In this document: positions 1 to 13,193 of the stretch, piece after piece
Numbering within the stretch: the first letter of the stretch is position 1
How the letters are laid out: each line of letters opens with the position of its first letter
Assembly: GCF_031769215.1 (NCBI RefSeq)
Contig: NW_026781945.1
Coordinates: 1,240,001-1,304,000, forward strand
Length of the DNA stretch: 64,000 bases
Direction: 5' to 3'
Source of the DNA: Ylistrum balloti
Taxonomy: Eukaryota
Position numbers and translations under genes: made by a program
Notes under the pieces: model-generated
Told to the model about the DNA's origin: nothing
What the model saw: only the letters and a program-made list of their open reading frames with translations
Databases searched by the model: none

Positions 1-2443
1 AATAAATGAAAGGAAATTTTTGGTTTAAAATTGGAACAAAGACATTATTTTCATGCAAGATTTTTCACACAATCTGAATTTATCTGATTTGGATCACCAT
101 CATTGCAAACAATCAATATTTGACAGAAAAAACAAACAAACCAACACCTAATACTTCTTTGTTCAATCTTGTTTTTGTTTTCTTCCTTGTTAATAAATTG
201 GTTTGTCTTTTTTTCCTGCAACAACCAATGTTCCACAAATTTGACAAAATTTCTGTAGAGATACTGTACAACTTTGTACCATACAAAAATCCAATACAAT
301 TTTCAAATTTGTGTGACATTTGTTTGAGCTCAGTTGCAGGTGACAAGGCTGATAATGACTCCATATCCTAACATCTTTGCCTAGTGTACAAGTATACACT
401 ATCACATATATATCAGAATAAGATCATACATTTATCAAATTAGGAATAAATTGTACAATATCCCTTTAATTATTACTGTTTGATTTCATTCATTAAAATG
501 TATGATGTTAGCATATGAGCCAATTGAGAAAAGACTTGTCCGCTGCATTTAGTGAAGAGAAAGTCAACTTTACATAGTCTGACCCAACAAGTTGTTTTTA
601 TTTGTTTCCACAACCAAAGACATACTGGAGACAAGGCATTACTGTCAATGAGTCATCAACTCCTACTGCAGGATTAGGTGTTGACTCTTTTACTTCTTTA
701 TTGACTTTCTCTGGGACTGAGCGTGGAATATACAATTATCTGTGAACAGACCAGAGTTTTCCTCGCATGATAGTGATCACAAGCTTTCAATTAAATTTTT
801 TAAGTATTAATTTGCAGACAAGTCCAAAAGCTGAAAGAATATATATGCAAACAAGAGTATAATGATATTGACAGTAATTCCTTTGCCAGAAATCAATTCA
901 TCATATAGTTATTTTCCTGAGGTCAAGGTGTGTTCAAAATGACAGCACAAGTGAAAACTTTGTAAGCCTCATTCACTACTGGACACTAAGAACCTAACAA
1001 GTCTCAAAGATATTGGTCAATATTTAATTTTTCAGTTAGCAGTCGAAGTCTAAGGACCAAACTGAACAACCTCAAACGACCATCAAATATACCAGTTTCT
1101 ATGCATACAAGCCAAAAGAAGAATCTCAAACCGATAACAATCAATGTAACATGTAAGGCAATCAGTGTACAAGATTATCACATCAATTAGCCAATTACAC
1201 ATTTTTTATAAAGATATAAAATTGTAGGACAGCATTCAAATATTATTTTATATTTTTCATTTGAAACCAAAATTCATATTTTCTCATTGTGATCACCATC
1301 ATGTTCAGTTGACAATGGTATAGTAGTAATATTGTATAAAACAATTTCAGTACTGTACATCCAAGTGCTAAAATTTTCTATCACATGATGAGATGTTCAT
1401 GCATATTTTCTCAATAACTAAATCCAATTTAAACAAAAAAGATGTTTTAGTAATCATATTTCAAGGTATTTAGTATACATATTTCAAAGAATTAATCAAT
1501 TACTAATTTTCAAGTGTTCACCTGTATTCAAACTGATCAACCAAACTAAGCAGTTCACTATTGCTGTACAATCATTATTATTATTTTTTTTAATTTCCAT
1601 TGCTTATGCTTCTGTCAACAAATGTTAGAATACAGAGCCACATTCATTAATGAAATCAATTTCTTCTATTGCAAAACTATGAGAATTTAGCCACAAGAAA
1701 GTAAGAAATTTTACAGTAGCTGTAAAAAATATAATATAGTAATTCCCTTCTGATATTGATTTGCAAAAGTGATGATAACCAACAGATAAAGAATGTGATG
1801 TTGTTGTGTAACCCTATATGTTCATGATGTCAAATTCTTTTTCATTTAATTAGGTTGGATGTAATATCATATAGATTTAGATTTGTCCATAACAATTAAA
1901 CCTGCTAATGCCAGAAAATTTCGGCAGATGGATCACATGACTGCTCTTGCATAAAAATCTTACCTTGATATCATCAGATCCTAACAAGTGATCATTAACA
2001 TTTTAGTTGTTTAAACCCATTTTACTTAAATTGTCATTTGTCAAAGTTCTGAACATCTTTTATATGGGAATGTTATTACACCTCGATTTTTGATGGAAGG
2101 ATTGCTTAACTGTAAACAAATTGAATTCACTAGTATACATACTATCAACATTTCAAATGATATGACCATGCTGTCAATATTTTTTCATCTCGATTTCATG
2201 ATAGTAAATTTAGCTTGGATTTGTACAGTACTCAATATAAGGAATTGACATACTTCCAAAGTTTCTATCATTGTGACCAGTGACCATGGCAACAGTGAGA
2301 GAAACATAGAAATAAGTCACTTCCTATAACAGAGTTCAAAGGCTGTATAATAGTATTATTATAATCAAATCATAAATCAATAATCATGATTAAAAAGATC
2401 AAAAGAAATTTAACAACAAAATTGTATTATAACAAGTGGAATG

Positions 2444-2449
2444 TTTATT
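2444..2449 (-). terminator. Polyadenylation signal (AATAAA on minus strand) of the paralog A BEN terminal exon
   Basis: TTTATT at 2444-2449 on + lies about 55 nt downstream of the stop codon at 2504. Confidence 0.55.
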
Positions 2450-2503
2450 GAGCCCAATGAAAATCCAAAACCAGACCAAAGTCTGTACAACTTCTATTCA
2501 GTG

Positions 2504-2979
2504 CTATTTCTGTGAACTTCTCTTTTCTGGTCGTCTCAGAGACTCGTTAATCTTGGTAACAATTGTACTTTTCCATATCATATCAATAGCACAACCAGGA
2601 TAGAACAATAGAACATATTTTCTAAGGTAGGACTTCCTTCTCTCATCTAATGCCTTTTTTCCCTTTACACCACCACCATAATAGGAGTAATTCAACCTTA
2701 GACTATCTGGCCCATACAGCTCTTTCCAAAGTCGCACACATAATCTCTTTGCAAAATTCCCTGGGCTTACAGAATTCAGTTTCATATCAAGAAGAGACAG
2801 CTTGTCAAATCTAAATTCTTCTGGTATGCCATCATAAAATCCAGGAGGAATTTCATTGTTCTCCTGACTGAAGAAAGGAGGAAAACTTGTGGTATTCACT
2901 GCCTGATATTTGTTGGCCTCTGTAATGAACCCAATAACAGTAGAATTACTACTAGTCCTCACTACCCAAGACCAGTCAT
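2504..2979 (-). CDS. Paralog A alternative terminal exon, BEN domain (5' boundary uncertain)
   Basis: Open frame 2980 to 2504 reads ...SPGNFAKRLCVRLWKELY...NYSYYGGGVKGKKALDERRKSYLRKYVLLFYP...WKSTIVTKINESLRRP, a typical BEN pattern. Candidate phase-1 acceptors are gtttaag| (2979) and ttcattacag| (2919). A stronger-looking cctcctttcttcag| (2867) is phase 2. Confidence 0.75.
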
Positions 2980-4668
2980 CTTAAACTTCTCCGATCCTAA
3001 CCTGTTATCAACGTGTTCTGTTAATCACAGAGGAATAACCAGAATTATCAGGACGTTTCTTTTTAGACAAGAACCATCTTCACATGTTGTAGCTCCTGAA
3101 TCTATTCCAAGCACACAAATACACAGAAATATGCTACCAATACCATTTGATATTAAATAGTCACTTCTATTGGCAACTGGAATTAATAACTTTTACTGGA
3201 CCCTGTGCACAGAACTACTTTTCTAGTTTCAACACTGAAAACAACACAAACTATGGACCCATTGTACACTTCACTAGTCTCAAAGTTGAAAACAAACACT
3301 GCCAACTGGGTTGTTCTTTCACCTGTCAAATTAACAGCTGTTTTACTTATCTATCCTTATGAAATGCATTTTTTCTGTCTGCATCCTATCGGGAAACAAA
3401 CAAGAAAACAATGAAATTACGGATATCCTTCCAAGCAACATCCAATGCCAACAAGTTTATAACCTTGCACTGTTCCAAGACTTCAACCTCATTTTTACAT
3501 TTTAATTGATGTTCAACTTCTCCAACCACACAATCTCTTGGCAATTTTTTTTTGCTTTCAGTGTTTTCTTTCAATGTATTTAACATAGCTTCATCATTTA
3601 ACTCTGTACACCTCTTGGATGTCATCACAGTTTAATACATCATTATACTTTAGTCTGACATTTTTATCCAGCGACAATCTTTTTTGACCTTAGTGATTTT
3701 GTCGAAAGGAGATAATGTAACACTATAACTGGTAGGGTCAACAATGTAAGTTAATGACAGACTTATTTGATGCAAATTATGAAGTCGCAAGGACTGTTGA
3801 TCGATCGCTTTTTTGAATCACATCAAAATCAAATCAAATATCAACTGCAAGAAAAAATTGCCAACAAGATTATTATATTAAACCACAATTAACCCACAGA
3901 TTACCCAAAATATACATTCCACTTGCATAAATTCCTAAAAAATTTGCTTTTGAAACAGCCTTTGAACAATTTTCTGGGAAATACCAACACATTTTTCAAC
4001 AAAGAAAACCAGAATAGTGTAAATTTGGCAAGATGGAGTATTTTTTTTTTTTAGATGATTTTGATAATAGACAAAGATGTTATTTGCATATGCCAGAATC
4101 AATTATCAATGAGCCTTGTGAATCACTCATAATAGCTTTTTATTATAAAAAGGTTTTATATCCACTGTTATGGCGTTTCTTCCTTTCAGAGGAACATTTT
4201 GGATATGGGAACTAAAATCACTAGATGAGGACAAAAATTAACTGGTGACCAAATGTATCAAATTTCAGATGCCATCACCATTTGTGTGAAATTGCTATAT
4301 AAATTATTATGAAGTCATTTCATTTTGATGAAACCAATTTTCCTATCATTGTTTCAAACACAATTTTACATTTTGACTTTAAATGCATTTTTAAGTTCAC
4401 AAAATGATTGTGAAATTTCAACATATCAATTCGACAGACTTATTTTTGATTGATATTAAACAACCTTATGTTTTTTTTTTACCTTTTTATGAAATAAAAC
4501 ATAATTTTGCATGAGAAAATGCAAAAATCAATAAAAAAAAATTGTTACCATTATTAAAGCAGTTGTTTCACTTGATTGTATAGGATGTTAACAACCAAAA
4601 CGCTTCACTGGTTTTCATTCAATTGTAAAATGTATTGATATTTGAAAAGAAAAGAAGGTGACTCCTAC

Positions 4669-4964
4669 CTTTGTAAGATCCCATGTACCAAGAGCTATTT
4701 GGATCTCCACTCATGTTAGCACCTTCATTTGACATTTCTTCTCGAGCCCATTCCTCAATTTCCGCATCACTTGGTTCTTCAAATTCTTCCTGATGCGATG
4801 CACCAGCTTGCATTTGCATTATACTTTGTTCAGCCATATCCACATGCATATCCAGTCCTCCAGTTTCTCCATCACCTAACGCTGCCTCTACCTTCACTAT
4901 ACTTAAATCAGGAGTAAGGTCGGCTGTACTTTCTTGCATGGAATCAGCAATTTCAATTTTTGTG
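4669..4964 (-). CDS. Paralog A constant exon 3 (acidic, ends in phase-1 donor)
   Basis: Acceptor tctgttctttcacag| takes phase 2 from exon 2, giving STKIEIADSMQESTADLTPDLSIVKVE...SWYMGSYK G|gtagga. Clearly homologous to 13194-13474. Confidence 0.88.
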
Positions 4965-5152
4965 CTGTGAAAGAACAGATTCACACATTATAAATACACA
5001 CACATTTTTGTATTAAGAATCTTTTACCATAGTGTAATCGCAAATATCTACATGTTAATATTAGCCATTTACTTAAGGATATGACATTAGAATTTCCAAA
5101 TTTTCCAAGATATTACAAAGACACAAAATAAACAATTATATATTTATATTAC

Positions 5153-6477
5153 CTTTTTCCTTTGCCGTCATCACCACCTGGACCAACATCCATGGACAAG
5201 GAACTGGAATCTGGTACACTCATGGACATTGCAGGTTGTGGTGTTGGCCTAGGTCTACTTGGGGCAGGTGAACTTTGAGAAACGGAAATAGGAGAACTGG
5301 TCACCATTGCTTGCATGGCACTGCCTGCTGCAAATGGCTTTCCTTGACTAGCTGATGGAGTAATGGACACTGGGAATGGCGTTCGTTGAGGTGTACTAGT
5401 CATTTGACTGTCAGAGGTACGAGGCTGCTGCTGGTGCTGTTTTGATGATGAAAACACATTTTCTGAATCTTGTTTTTGTGAAAATCCTGAGAATGGTTGC
5501 TCTTGTCTAAATGATGTTTGTCTGTCTGTCGTAGAAGATGAGGCAAGACCTGGCAAGTCTCGTGAAGATGAAGATGAAGATGGTGATGATTGGGCATGTT
5601 GAGAATCCTGGAATACTGTAAGAGGACTGACTGTTATTGAACCTTGCTGAGGTGTGGATGACGAGCTAATTGGCCCTGGCGGTTGTGTTGCTGACGAGGG
5701 CTTTTCTGGAACAGTCACAATACTAAGATCAGGATCGGTGTTGTATTGACTAGCTATTGCAATGGATATTGATGATGATGTCTTCTGTGATGAACGAGAT
5801 GATGATGGTTGTCCAGAATCTTTTTCTGGAGGCTCTGTCTGTACAAGTTCAATACTTTCTTCCACAATTTCTATCACACCGGGCTGGGAATTCTTCCCAG
5901 TAGCACCTTGACGACCCATGCCTGACCCCAGTTTGGGGACTCTATCCCAGGGATCTGGAGCTCCAGCCATGTAACTATGGGACATGCTTGCTGTATCATC
6001 AGCTTTGTCTGACCCTATCACAGTACCATCCGAGGGACTTGCCCCTCTATTTAACCTTGGTCGCTTACTTCCTGGACTTCCAGGCCGAGGAAAATCTGAC
6101 ATTCGTTTAGCCGCTCCATCATGAACAGTTTTCTGTAAGTCTGTGACACGAACATGACGGAATTCTATCAGATCATTAAAGTTGTATTTGTATTGAGTGC
6201 CAGGAAATGCAATACCCGTTTTGGCATGCATGCATTTGTAAAAGTCAGCAACACATTTAATAACACTGTCTACCTGTAAAAGTCTGGCTACTTTCTCAAC
6301 GTCACGAACATTGTCTTCTGTTAACATCATGAAGCCTTCATATAGATACTGTAGGAATGTGTTGACGGATTCTTGTTTGATATCGGCTGCTAGACGAACT
6401 TCTAGATGTGAACCTGCCGCTGCATTTTCCATTGACTGAAGCATGGGACAAGCTGCCACCAACACAACTCGGTGGGC
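5153..6477 (-). CDS. Paralog A constant exon 2: BTB/POZ core plus long S/P/Q-rich disordered linker
   Basis: Acceptor ttttcccattag|gcc gives AHRVVLVAACPML...FLQYLYEG...VEKVARLLQV, the BTB signature. Phase-2 donor AG|gtaata at 5152. Confidence 0.92.
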
Positions 6478-6865
6478 CTAATGGGAAAAAAGTTCACACA
6501 AACATAGCAGTTGGATAACAATTGGATGAAAGATTATAGTGATGTGGTCATTCAATTATCAGTTTTACTTCTGAATTACTCATGGATTGCACACTTTTCT
6601 AAGTAGTAACACAGCATTTTATTTTTAGAACCTGTAATTTCAGTTTACTATTACAGTGCTTTTAACTGTTCAAGGGAACTTTCACCAGTTTTTTTTTATA
6701 CCTTTTGCCACCTGGGTAAATATAAATTGTAGTGGTCTGAAGTTCAAAGTTTAATATGATTCTTTTAATGTATTTCAAGCAAATCTAACAAGTTGCAAGA
6801 TGTTTTGAGACAGGTGACAAAAACAAACCCTCAGCAAATGCTTTTCTCAACAATTCACTACTTAC

Positions 6866-6991
6866 TTTAGTAATGATTTGACCCGTCTTGATGATAGCGT
6901 CACATAGTAATTGATTTTTCCACATTGCAGACAGCTGACAAAGCAGAGAGCTGGAATGGATCTGGTTCATGTAAACCTTCTGGTAATTCAT
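6866..6991 (-). CDS. Paralog A constant exon 1 (start of BTB domain)
   Basis: MNYQKVYMNQIHSSSLLCQLSAMWKNQLLCDAIIKTGQIITK|gtaagt is phase 0 and joins AHR in exon 2. Upstream acceptor tatatttcag| at 7020 implies a further 5' UTR exon. Confidence 0.92.
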
Positions 6992-7699
6992 CTTGATTTC
7001 TTTTCTCTAATGTTGATAATCTGAAATATATAGAAAAATTGTATGATCAAATTCTAAAATCTAAAAAAAAATTATTTATGCCCCCACCCTTTAATTAATG
7101 CAACAATTAATAGAATTGCAAGACTGCCAGACGTGTTCAACAAAAAAGACTACCATTGCCGTTTTATTCCATATTAAAACTGATTTTTTTTTTTGTATAG
7201 ACTGAATAGCTTATTATGTGCAACATCTGGTTGAACAGGTTTATTTTGACAACATCATGACGTGGATAAATGTTAATCCAAGCAACTAACATTAACAACA
7301 TTAAATTTAAAACCCAAGTTCTCAACAACAATACTTCTGAAATTTTTAAAATCTAGTAACTTAAAAAAAAAATTTCCTCCAATAACATGAACAATTACTG
7401 ATTCCATAGCTCATAGTAATGTATAACCTAGCTCTATATTCTCCATCAGTGTTAGAGGTTAAACATGACGAGAAACTTTTGATAGGTGCCAATGCAATCA
7501 GGTAAACTAGTAGACCTATATTTGGCCAAGCGTGACCTTAATCAAAAGAAACATTTTAAACACGTGATCTTTGTAAAATTCGTTATGCATGTTTTCAAAC
7601 AAAATACAAGAAATTCGTACAACATTATCCTTGATATGGTAATCTTTCATTCCAATACTTTGCAATATAAAACAAACTTAATACACATGAAATCATATT

Positions 7700-9850
7700 G
7701 CTTACCAACGTTTTCGATATATTGGCTAGGTAGTCGCAGTCATATGCTTTTAAATTACTCAATACATTGTACAAAATCCCAATACGATTCATAAAGCATT
7801 ATATATATTCCAAGATGTCGTGTTTCAAGAAGGAAATAAAATCTAGTCCGAAACGCATGCACTGCAACTTGTGAACCGATGCTCATGGCCGCGTGGTCAA
7901 TAATAACCGCGCGCCGGCAAGGTGCTCGTTTGCCTACCATTTACAGGTCGCGTGACGTTTTTCCAAACGTAAACAATAAATACTGACGATTACGTCTGCA
8001 AAGTGGATTGCATGGCAAAAAAATTCTTCATTTGAATTTTTATTCAAAAACCAAATCAAGTCGACATAATTACTTAGGCGAAGAAACATTACGACCAGGG
8101 CATTTTACCTGTTCAGCGTCACGTCGCCGTCGACGGCCGACTTCGCCTCAAATAAATTTAGTATTTTCAAGCAGTTTATGGAAACAATCAAGCTAATATC
8201 AATTTAACCAAATTCAAAAATGTGTTATAATAACCTTGAAGTTTCGGTAAATGCTGTTTCATGCAGAATTTCTGTGGATAACGCTCAATCTTCCTGCTTC
8301 TGGTCACTTTCGTTCATTGTTCCCCGGCCATGGACTCGTTTATTGCGCAGAGTTGTTGCGCAGAACTTGATTGCAAATCACATCAGAGGCACTTCTAGGG
8401 AGAAAAGTAAGACTGCTTATATATTTTCGACAAGATAGATATTAACATCAACAATTTAAAATTTGTGCAGATTGAAATTCAAAGAAACTAGAAATCAATG
8501 AAAATATATTATGTACCACCAAACTAGTCGTATCATTTGTCTAAGATCACCCTCATTTAAAAAGCATTTATTTACTTTGTTAAACTTACTCCACGGACAG
8601 TTTATATGTATGTTTACACCAAAGAAAAATATCTTTATTAGATATGTATCGATCTTAATTATAAACCCACATATATTACCACTTATTGGCTCAGTTATAA
8701 GTTGCAATTTTAATCAGACAATTGATTAATGGTATTTCAGTTTATGTGAATAGAAGATTTCAAGTCGATGAAAAATTACACATACCATAATACTTTGCCA
8801 AATCTACTTACATTAGCGACCAATATCTAATATCATGTTCTCTGCTAACATCTACGAAAAATAACTGCTCTTTTATTGACTACTAGCATTTTGAAATATG
8901 AACGGCAAAAAAGTTTTAATGATAATCTGTACAAAGCTGATAAAGTTTCAAACATATCTATTTCGCTGTCTAATGCGAGAGATCTTAGAACACACAAAAG
9001 TTACAATAATCCAAATGGTAGACGTAAAAATGCATAGAATTTTACACGGACTTCGATGCGTGCCGTGGTAATAATTATAATGAAGTAGTGAGTACACGTT
9101 CACATCTAAGTTTGATTCAAATTCATTATCTCGTATAGTACACTGCTAATGTTTCAGACTTACTTAGATATCAATCGCTTTTTTTCCTAAATCTAAACAT
9201 GCATATTTATCTGATCTAATGAAGTCCTTGATGAAATAGTACTACAAACACATTTAAATTCGTAAATGAACTCTTAATTTCAATGTTACCCTTTGAAGGG
9301 CCCCACATCATATTAATTGAAAAGTTATTGCGCATAGTCTATGCGCAGTACCACGAGCCCTTGGCGTACCAAGCAAATTCGGACCACTGAACAATGGCAG
9401 AGATCGGTAAACTTTAGAAAAATAAGGCCCGCGTTCATTAACGGCAAGCAAGCGAAAGGACCAGGCTATCAACGATCTGTCTTAACATTGTAAGTTGACT
9501 TTGTCTCGTTTCAGAAAGACATATGATGAAAAATAATAATTGCAGTAGAGCAGAAGTTACCGAAACGCATAGCATTTTGCACTGGGCACAATTCTGATAT
9601 TACCGCCATATTTGCAGCATCGTTGCCACAAATTATGCCCGACTTTATTTCTATTTGTCGTACTCATGCCTACTCAATTGATATGTGGCATTTTTGCTCT
9701 ATTTAATTTATAAGATGATTGAAAAGGTGCTTTCTGATGATGTAAATCGACCGATATATGAAACTAGTGACATGAGGGCATGTAACTGTAAACAAGCACC
9801 TGCGCATCCGCCCTCCTAAGCCGGGTGCGTGTGTGTGTATTTGTACCTCG
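7700..9850. promoter_or_regulatory. Probable divergent promoter region or non-coding first exons of both BTB paralogs
   Basis: Lies between the two head-to-head start exons, both of which are preceded by splice acceptors. CpG-rich patches occur at about 7860-7990, 8090-8150, 9329-9480 and 9800-9830 in otherwise CpG-poor DNA. Candidate donors: minus strand at 8108 and 7705, plus strand near 9490. TSS not determinable. Confidence 0.45.
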
Positions 9851-10394
9851 TGTATTGTACACAGGTCGTCTTTATGTATAGAGGGCCATGTACTGTTTAC
9901 GTATATCTTCTTTAACACGCTTGCATGTAATTTTTTGAAACTGAGAACAGTTTTCGTTCCGTAGTAAAAAGACAATGAAACTGAAGAGCTCTGTTAACAT
10001 GTTGTTACAATAATAGCCTATGAAAATAAAAAAAAATATAGTATTATAAACTTCTTCAATAATGTATTTCAATTATATATGTCAATCCTACTATTACTCA
10101 ATACGAGAGTTAACAGTTTAACATAAACCTTTGTTATATATCCCTTTGATTTTATTCCCACACCATGTTAAGTGACAGATTAGTGAGTTATTGTGTCTTT
10201 AACACAAAGTATGCATACAAGACACTTAATTAGCTGAACAGGTTAAGTTAAAAATAAAAAAGAAATGTTAGGACTTCCTGACTTTGATTTTTGTTCAATG
10301 TAAGATTATTTGTTTATTGATGTTAGTTTATGATTTACTGAGAAAATACCCTCAGCCAGGGACGTATAATATGTCCCTGCCTCAGCCAATAAAA

Positions 10395-11095
10395 ATGTTG
10401 GGTGACAATATCCTATAGGGATATCTTGTATAAATAGAACCAATAAAGATCCTACAATGTTGGGTGACAATATCCTATAGGGATATCTTGTATAGATAGA
10501 ACCAATAAAGATCCTACAATGTTGGGTGACAATATCCTATAGGGATATCTTGTATAGATAGAACCAATAAAGATCCTACAATGTTGGGTGACAATATCCT
10601 ATAGGGATATCTTGTATAGATAGAACCAATAAAGATCCTACAATGTTGGGTGACAATATCCTATAGGGATATCTTGTATAGATAGAACCAATAAAGATCC
10701 TACAATGTTGGGTGACAATATCCTATAGGGATATCTTGTATAGATAGAACCAATAAAGATCCTACAATGTTGGGTGACAATATCCTATAGGGATATCTTG
10801 TATAGATAGAACCAATAAAGATCCTACAATGTTGGGTGACAATATCCTATAGGGATATCTTGTATAGATAGAACCAATAAAGATCCTACAATGTTGGGTG
10901 ACAATATCCTATAGGGATATCTTGTATAGATAGAACCAATAAAGATCCTACAATGTTGGGTGACAATATCCTATAGGGATATCTTGTATAGATAGAACCA
11001 ATAAAGATCCTACAATGTTGGGTGACAATATCCTATAGGGATATCTTGTATAGATAGAACCAATAAAGATCCTACAATGTTGGGTGACAATATCC
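10395..11095. repeat. 62-bp tandem minisatellite, about 11.3 near-identical copies
   Basis: Unit atgttgggtgacaatatcctatagggatatcttgtatagatagaaccaataaagatcctaca starts at 10395, 10457, 10519 ... 11077. Confidence 0.97.
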
Positions 11096-11302
11096 CACTG
11101 GAATGTCTTCACTCTTGTATATTTTGTAGATGTGTTTATTCCTTTTTTTTTTTTTTGTTTTAATGCAATTACATGTTCTTTGGAAATTATCGTCGCCATT
11201 ATCATTTGGGGACAGACGTGTAAATTAATAAACTTCTGATCATGAATGAATCATCTTTTTTGCAGGATTGGCCATATATAGTATTTCACACAAGCCAACA
11301 AG

Positions 11303-11437
11303 ATGTCCAGTATGAATTACCAGAAAGTTTACATGAACCAGATCCACTCCAGCTCATTGTTGTGTCAGCTTTCTCACATGTGGAAGAGTCAAATGCTGTG
11401 TGATGCCATTATCAAAACCGGTCAAATTATCACTAAA
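11303..11437 (+). CDS. Paralog B constant exon 1 (start of BTB domain)
   Basis: MSSMNYQKVYMNQIHSSSLLCQLSHMWKSQMLCDAIIKTGQIITK|gtaaga, phase 0. Upstream acceptor tctttttgcag-type site opens the exon at 11266. Confidence 0.93.
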
Positions 11438-11714
11438 GTAAGAAATTTCTATTTATTGAAAGTCTGTTGTCAGTTTGTGGGATTTGATTGAATTTCATTT
11501 TCTTTCACAAAACTTGATATAACCTGTAATCTAGGCTATTTTAAGCTGCCAGTAGATAATGCTTCATTTTGAAATTGACCAAAAATTGATCATTAAACAT
11601 CGCTCACAGAACTTTCATGGTTGTCTCAATTTCAAAAAAGGTAATTTGAGTTTCAAATAAAAAGTTTTTGTGCTTTAAAAATCAAACTTTGAATAATAAT
11701 TTTGCTTTTCTTAG

Positions 11715-12988
11715 GCCCACCGAGTTGTGCTGGTGGCAGCTTGTCCCATGCTTCAGTCCATGGAAAATGCATCGGCAGGTTCACATCTAGAAGTTCGTCT
11801 AGCAGCCGATATCAAACAAGAATCCGTCAACACATTCCTACAGTATCTATATGAAGGCTTCATGATGTTAACAGAAGACAATGTTCGTGATGTTGAGAAA
11901 GTAGCCAGACTTTTACAGGTAGACAGTGTTATTAAATGTTGTGCTGACTTTTACAAATGCATGAATGCCAAAACGGGTGCACCATTCCCAGGATCAGCAT
12001 ATAAATATTCCTTTTCTGGACATGATCTTGCTGAATTTCGTCATGTACGTGCTACTGGCTTGCAAAAAACTGCATCTGAAAGAATAATTAAACGTGTTTC
12101 TGATTTCCCTCGGCCTGGAAGTCCAGGAAATAAGAGACCAAGGTTACATAGAGGGGCAAGTCCCTCAGATGTTACTGTGATAGGGTCAGACAAAGCTGAT
12201 GATACAGCAAGTATGTCCCATAGTTACATGACTGGAGCTCCAGATCCCTGGGATAGAGTCCCCAAACTGGGGTCAGGCATGGGTCGTCAAGGTGCTACTG
12301 GAAAGAATTCCCAGCCCGGTGTGATAGAAATTGTGGAAGAAAGTATTGAACTTGTACAGACAGAGCCTCCAGAAAAAGATTCTGGACAACCATCATCATC
12401 TCGTTCATCACAAAAATCAGCAGCAGTGTCCATAGCAGTAACTAGTCAATTTAACACAGAACCAGACATCAGTGTTGTCAATGTGTTTGGTGCTCCTGAA
12501 ACACAGTCAGCATCTGCTGGCACTGCTTCTGCCAATACTATCACTTCATCTAGTTCATCCCGTGGGTCCATCACCGTCAGCCCGTTAACAATATTTCAGG
12601 ACCCCCATCCTCCATCATCGTCTGCTCCTGAACCGCCCTCCTCATCTGCTGTAGATTCCTCATCAGGTCAAGATCAACAACAAAGATTACCAGAGATGCA
12701 GTTTTCAGGTTTCTCACAAAGACAAGATATGGACAGTGTTTATAGTGCAGGAAAACAGCAAAAGAATACAGATAGTCAGTTAACTAGTACACCTCAGCAG
12801 AGACCGTTTCCAGTGTCTGTGTCGCCCATCAACCAACCAAAACCTTTTGCAGCAGGAAGTGCAATGCAAGCAGGAATTTCCTCACCCTCATCTATGTCCC
12901 TACCACTTGGTTCACCATCTAGCAGTAAATCAGTCCAAAAGCCGAGGAGTGCACCAGCCTCACCCGCTGAACGGGCAAGGGACAACAG
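11715..12988 (+). CDS. Paralog B constant exon 2: BTB/POZ core plus S/P/Q-rich disordered linker
   Basis: Acceptor ttgcttttcttag|gcc gives AHRVVLVAACP...FLQYLYEG...VEKVARLLQV. Phase-2 donor AG|gtaaga at 12989. Confidence 0.93.
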
Positions 12989-13193
12989 GTAAGAACAAAA
13001 AGTTTGGCCAAGATTGAAATCTCCGAATTTTAAAAAAAAAAAAATTTGAGCATATAACTATAGTTCCATGTAGTGAAATTGATCATGACATGCAATTCAA
13101 CTAACATTTATTTAAAGAAATGTTATCTAAAGATGTACTTATATGCTATATTTTAAGTGAAGTTTAATGAATTTGATATATTTCCATTGACAG

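Noticed and set aside
3386-3628. Minus-strand 80-aa ORF as an extra paralog A cassette
   Set aside because: No domain motif and no intact phase-1 acceptor (upstream ttatctcctttcgac lacks the AG).
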